Source of the DNA: the human T2T-CHM13v2.0 reference genome, Homo sapiens
Assembly (NCBI RefSeq): GCF_009914755.1
Contig: NC_060927.1
Direction: 5' to 3' (one strand)
Length of the DNA: 64,000 nucleotides
Below are positions 59,591-64,000 of the stretch, piece by piece. A model generated the notes under the pieces. The model searched no databases. It was not told the DNA's origin and worked only from the letters and a program-made list of their open reading frames with translations. Both the position numbers and the translations under genes were made by a program. The number at the start of each line of letters is the position of its first letter. Positions within the stretch are counted from its first letter, which is position 1.

Positions 59591-60148
59591 ATACATTTAA
59601 ATGGCAGGAAAACTTTAGCTATTTGAGTGATGTCTCCTAAAAGTGAGCTCTTCTATATTATTGTGCAGATAAAGGAAATGCCAGAACCAACAGACCTGGA
59701 AATCACAGCAAGAAGTGGTCATACCAAGCTGGTATGAATGTGAATCAACTGGATGTCATTAGTACCATATAAAATGAATAGTGCCTCCCTTGGCTCCCAG
59801 ATCCTGGAGAATCCAGGCCTCAGCTGGGCTGTGTTTCTTGGGCCACTCAGAATGTTTTCTGTCAGGGTTTGGCTCCAACTAACCATACTCACGGGAGACT
59901 GATGTACCCCTTGCCCCAGAAGGAGTGTGTTCACAGCAGTGGGATCCTGATCTGATGCCAGGAAGGCTCCTGATCATTCTCAAATAACGACTTCCTGGTA
60001 GTGATGTGCTGAGAAGGTAAGGTTTTAACCGTTCAGCTGCTTAAGAAGCATGGACCCTGAAAAGAATCTCCCACCCCATGGCTGAAGTCCCTCCCTAGTG
60101 GCAGGATTGAGGACCCTCTATCCAGAGTCGCTCCTCCTTGGATAGTAA

Positions 60149-60548
<400 letters not shown>

Positions 60549-60725
60549 TCCATTGCACACTTCTTGAGATGGGTTCATGTCCCTGAATTAGCTACTGTCT
60601 CTCTGTGCTACCCCAGCCAGCCCAGGAGTCATCCTTTGTGGATTTCATTCATCATATCTTAGAGCTCTGGGGGCCTTAATGTTGTAGTTGCTGTAAGAAT
60701 TTGATTTGGGACAGGTTGAGTTTCT

Positions 60726-61089
60726 ATCCCTAGTCTGCTCAGGCTACTATAACAGTTTACTATACACTGGGTGGCTTATAAACAACGGGCATTCATTTTT
60801 CACAGTTCTGGAGACTGGGAAGCTGAAGATCAAGGTGCCAGCATATTCAGTGTCTGGTGAAGGCCTGCTTTCTGGTTCATAGACAGTGGCTTTTCACTGC
60901 GTCCTCACATGGTGGAAGGAGAGCTCTCTGGTCTCTGTAGTTCCTCATAAGTACACTAATCCCATTCATGAGTATTCCACCCTCATGACCTAATCATCTT
61001 CCAAAGGCCCCACCTCCTAATACCATCTAATTAAGGATTAGGTTTCCACATTTGAATTTTGGGGGACCACAAATATTCAGCTCATAGTA
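60726..61089 (-). mobile_element. MLT1A-like MaLR LTR
   Basis: CTGGGTGGCTTATAAACAAC...CACAGTTCTGGAGACTGGGAAG...CAAAGGCCCCACCTCCTAATACCATC. Confidence 0.85.
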
Positions 61090-61802
61090 ATTCCTTTTAG
61101 GACACCTGAGTCTAGCAGGAAAATAGAAGCACAAGTCAAGAGCTTAGGGGATCTGGTTGGACCAGGATTTAGATTTGGTAAAATCTAAAAAATTAAGTTG
61201 AAGGATTAACTCAGGTTACATAGAGCAAATGGCTGAAAATTTAACCTTGAGGAACACTCCAAAATTTTAGAGCAGAAGGGGTAGAGGACCTAGAAAGAAC
61301 CATATTTTTGAAACTAAGAGCACATCCATCAATCCTGCCATATATAGTAATTATTCAACACATTTGAATTGTTTCAGAAGGCTTTGGACTATTAGTACTG
61401 ACACCTTAAAGAGCTTCCCATGAATTAAGTGCCAGAAGGACTTTGGACCAGATTCTGACATCTCTGATTGTCATCCCTCATCATGTCCGTCTCAGACGCA
61501 AAGGCACATTCTGTGGGATAGGAGTGCTTTGAGGGACTCTTTTGGATTCTACTCCAGAATGGAAAGCAAAGTTTACCCGCATATCCCTTGGCAAGACTTA
61601 AATAGGTGACTGTATAAATGAGAGTTCAAGGGTAGTGGTGGAGTAGTGCTATGGGGAAGGAACGAAACTTTATTTGCAGAACAAAGATTAGACTGTATGT
61701 GAGACAAAATACCATCTCTGCCTGTCTCCCATTTCCTATTGCAATGTCTGGCCATGTTTGGTGCCCAATAAATATGTGTGGAATGCAGGGATGAAAAACA
61801 AA

Positions 61803-62050
61803 TAAATGAATGGATGGATGATGAGTAGATGAATGCATAGATGGGTGGAGTATGAGTGAAGAATGGATGAATGAATGAATGGATGATGGATAAATAGTTG
61901 GCTGTATAGACATATGGAGGATAGGTGAGGGATGGATGATGGGTGAGGGATGGATGAATGAATGAATGAAAAAATGGATGCATGGGCAGTGGACAGATGG
62001 TGAGTGGATGGATAAGTAGATGAATGGATGGATGAGGGATTGGATGGAGG
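61803..62050 (+). repeat. Degenerate (GGAT/GAAT)n array following an L2 3' end
   Basis: Direct reading; preceded by the L2-like GGTGCCCAATAAATATGTG. Confidence 0.85.
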
Positions 62051-63049
62051 GCAGAATGAGATTTTATTCACCTGTCTTCCAATATGGTTGCTGCCCTCCC
62101 CTCTGCTATGGCCCAAGTCAGCAGGACCCACTAAGAAATTATAGCAGCCTTTTACTTAATCTCTTAAAATTCAGGGACGGGGCTGAAAGACAAATTTCTC
62201 TTTCAGCACTGAGGTTTATGTTTACATAACAATAAAATTATAGATATGAAACTGTATATCTATATATCTATATAATGTTACAGGAAAAAGTTAAATTGAA
62301 GGATTAATAATGTATGTAAATACATAAAACTTCTAATATGTATTTATATGGCCTCTAAAAGAACACAATAAAGAGAGTACTACTCAAAGAAAAAACACAT
62401 CATCTTAATGGCATTTGCAATATTTTAGATTCGTAATAATGGGCCCTATATAATTAATTCATGAGAAATATTTTCAAGGTCTTCCTTCTTTGACATTTCA
62501 AAAAGATGCCTTCAGAGGACCTGGAGCTTAAAAAAGAAAAAAGGAAAGAAAAGAGAAGATTTTTAAAATCTTACAAAAAGATGCCTATAAAAAAATCCCT
62601 GTACATTCATTTGCCTTTGCTGCAAATAACATGCACCCGGGAAGCACCATTTTTCACCTACTTCATCCCCCACACAGACCCGAAAGCCTTTCTGACATTA
62701 TGACCCAGGGTCCCCACAGCATGACTGGAGTGACTCATCAATTGTCCTGCTCTATTCTAATGGCTCCTAGTGTGGAGATAGGACCCAGGGGTCCAGCCAC
62801 AGAGACAAGCATTTTAAACTAGGGGAGAGCACAGTTAGGGAGGAATTCCTGTACCTGCCCCATCCACCTTACAGGGTTTCTGAGAGAACCCCTGAAGCAA
62901 AATGGATCAGAAGGCTCTTTGTCACTTTCCAGGCCCTGAGTAGAAATTCATGTCATGGCTATTAGAGGAGGATTGTCCTTTCAGAGAGACTCTGACTTGG
63001 GTTGGGTCACATCACTCATCTGTTCAGAAGGCTCTGGAGCCCCCTCTCA

Positions 63050-63486
63050 CATGGCAAATATAAGCAAAGCCCTCCCCACAACCTGCAGGGCCATTTATGG
63101 TCTGGCCCCACTAACTTTCCAAGCTCGTCTCTTACAACACTCCCTCTACCAACTGGAATTTGACCTACCAAGCTCGATCCTCACCCCTTCCTCACCCCAG
63201 GACCTTTGGACTTGCTCTTCCCTCTGCCTGGAACACTCTTCCCTCAGAAGTGCCCACTTTTTGAGCTCTCTGCACAAACACTTCCTCATCACACTGAATC
63301 TTCCTCACCAACCCTATCTGAAATACCACCCACTTCCTACTCTGTCCCCTTTTTCTTCATGGCAATAATGTATTAATTTACTTATTGTCTGACTCCTCAA
63401 ACAGAATGAAACATCCATTAAGGCAGGGACATTGTCTGTCTTACTCATTGGTGTATTCATGGCACTTACAACATCAGTAGGTACTT
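63050..63486 (+). mobile_element. L2 fragment
   Basis: CCCTCTGCCTGGAACACTCTTCC...GGCAGGGACATTGTCTGTCTT. Confidence 0.75.
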
Positions 63487-63998
63487 GTATTAGTTATCTA
63501 TTGCTATGTAACCAATGATCACTAAGGTAGTAACTTAAAACAACCCATGTTTACTATCTTAAAGTTTCTGTGGGTCAATAATCTGAGCATGGATTAGCTG
63601 AGTCTTCTGTAGTAGACTTTCTCATCAGGCTGCAATCAAGGTGTTGGCCAGAACTGGAGTCTCATCTGCAGGTCTGATTGAGGAAGATCCTACTTCCAAG
63701 CTCATGTGGTTCTTGGCAGGATTCAGTTCCTTGTGAGTTACTGGACTGAGAGTCTCAGTTCTTGCTGGCTGTGGCCAGAGCCCAATCTCAGTTGATTTCC
63801 AGGGGGTTTTCTCCATAGAGTAGCTCACAATATGGCATCTTGCTTCATCAAAGCCAGTAAAGAACAAAGTCTGCCAACAAGACAGAAGTTGCTTCTTATG
63901 TAACATAATCATAGAAGTGTTGTTTCATTGCCTTGCCATATTCTATTGTTAGAAGCAGGTCTCAGGGCCTGCCAACACTCAAGTGGAGGGGATTACAT
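63487..63998 (-). mobile_element. MLT1-family MaLR LTR
   Basis: TGTATTAGTTATCTATTGCTATGTAAC start, TGCAATCAAGGTGTTGGCC, ends GGAGGGGATTACA. Confidence 0.8.
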
Positions 63999-64000
63999 AG

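Noticed and set aside
60088-60103. Weak CTCF-like CCACTAGGGAG on the minus strand
   Set aside because: Poor match at the GGC end of the core and isolated

Overview
Primate (very likely human) non-coding genomic DNA, mostly made of transposable elements. No credible host protein-coding gene, RNA gene or CRISPR array is visible, and the ORF track is almost entirely repeat-derived. The main contents are: 14 Alus; two 5'UTR-bearing old primate L1s (L1PA11-14-like) at 2650-8682 and 38566-46153; several older L1M elements; a 5'-truncated Tigger1; MADE1, MER63, MER5 and MER58 DNA elements; MaLR, ERV1 and ERVL solo LTRs; MIR/L2 relics; three (GGAT)n arrays; and a complete 6.8 kb HERV-H provirus (LTR7B-like LTRs, His PBS, ATGTC TSD, full-length but disrupted env) nested in an LTR cluster. 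I found no evidence of a new biological system. The most unusual signals are a cluster of self-templated insertions and fold-backs between 5.9 and 17.5 kb, variable monomer number in the two L1 5'UTRs, a tandem CTCF-motif pair near 38 kb, and the env-retaining HERV-H with a consensus splice donor. Subfamily names come from remembered consensus sequences and need RepeatMasker/Dfam confirmation. Boundaries of old elements are approximate.
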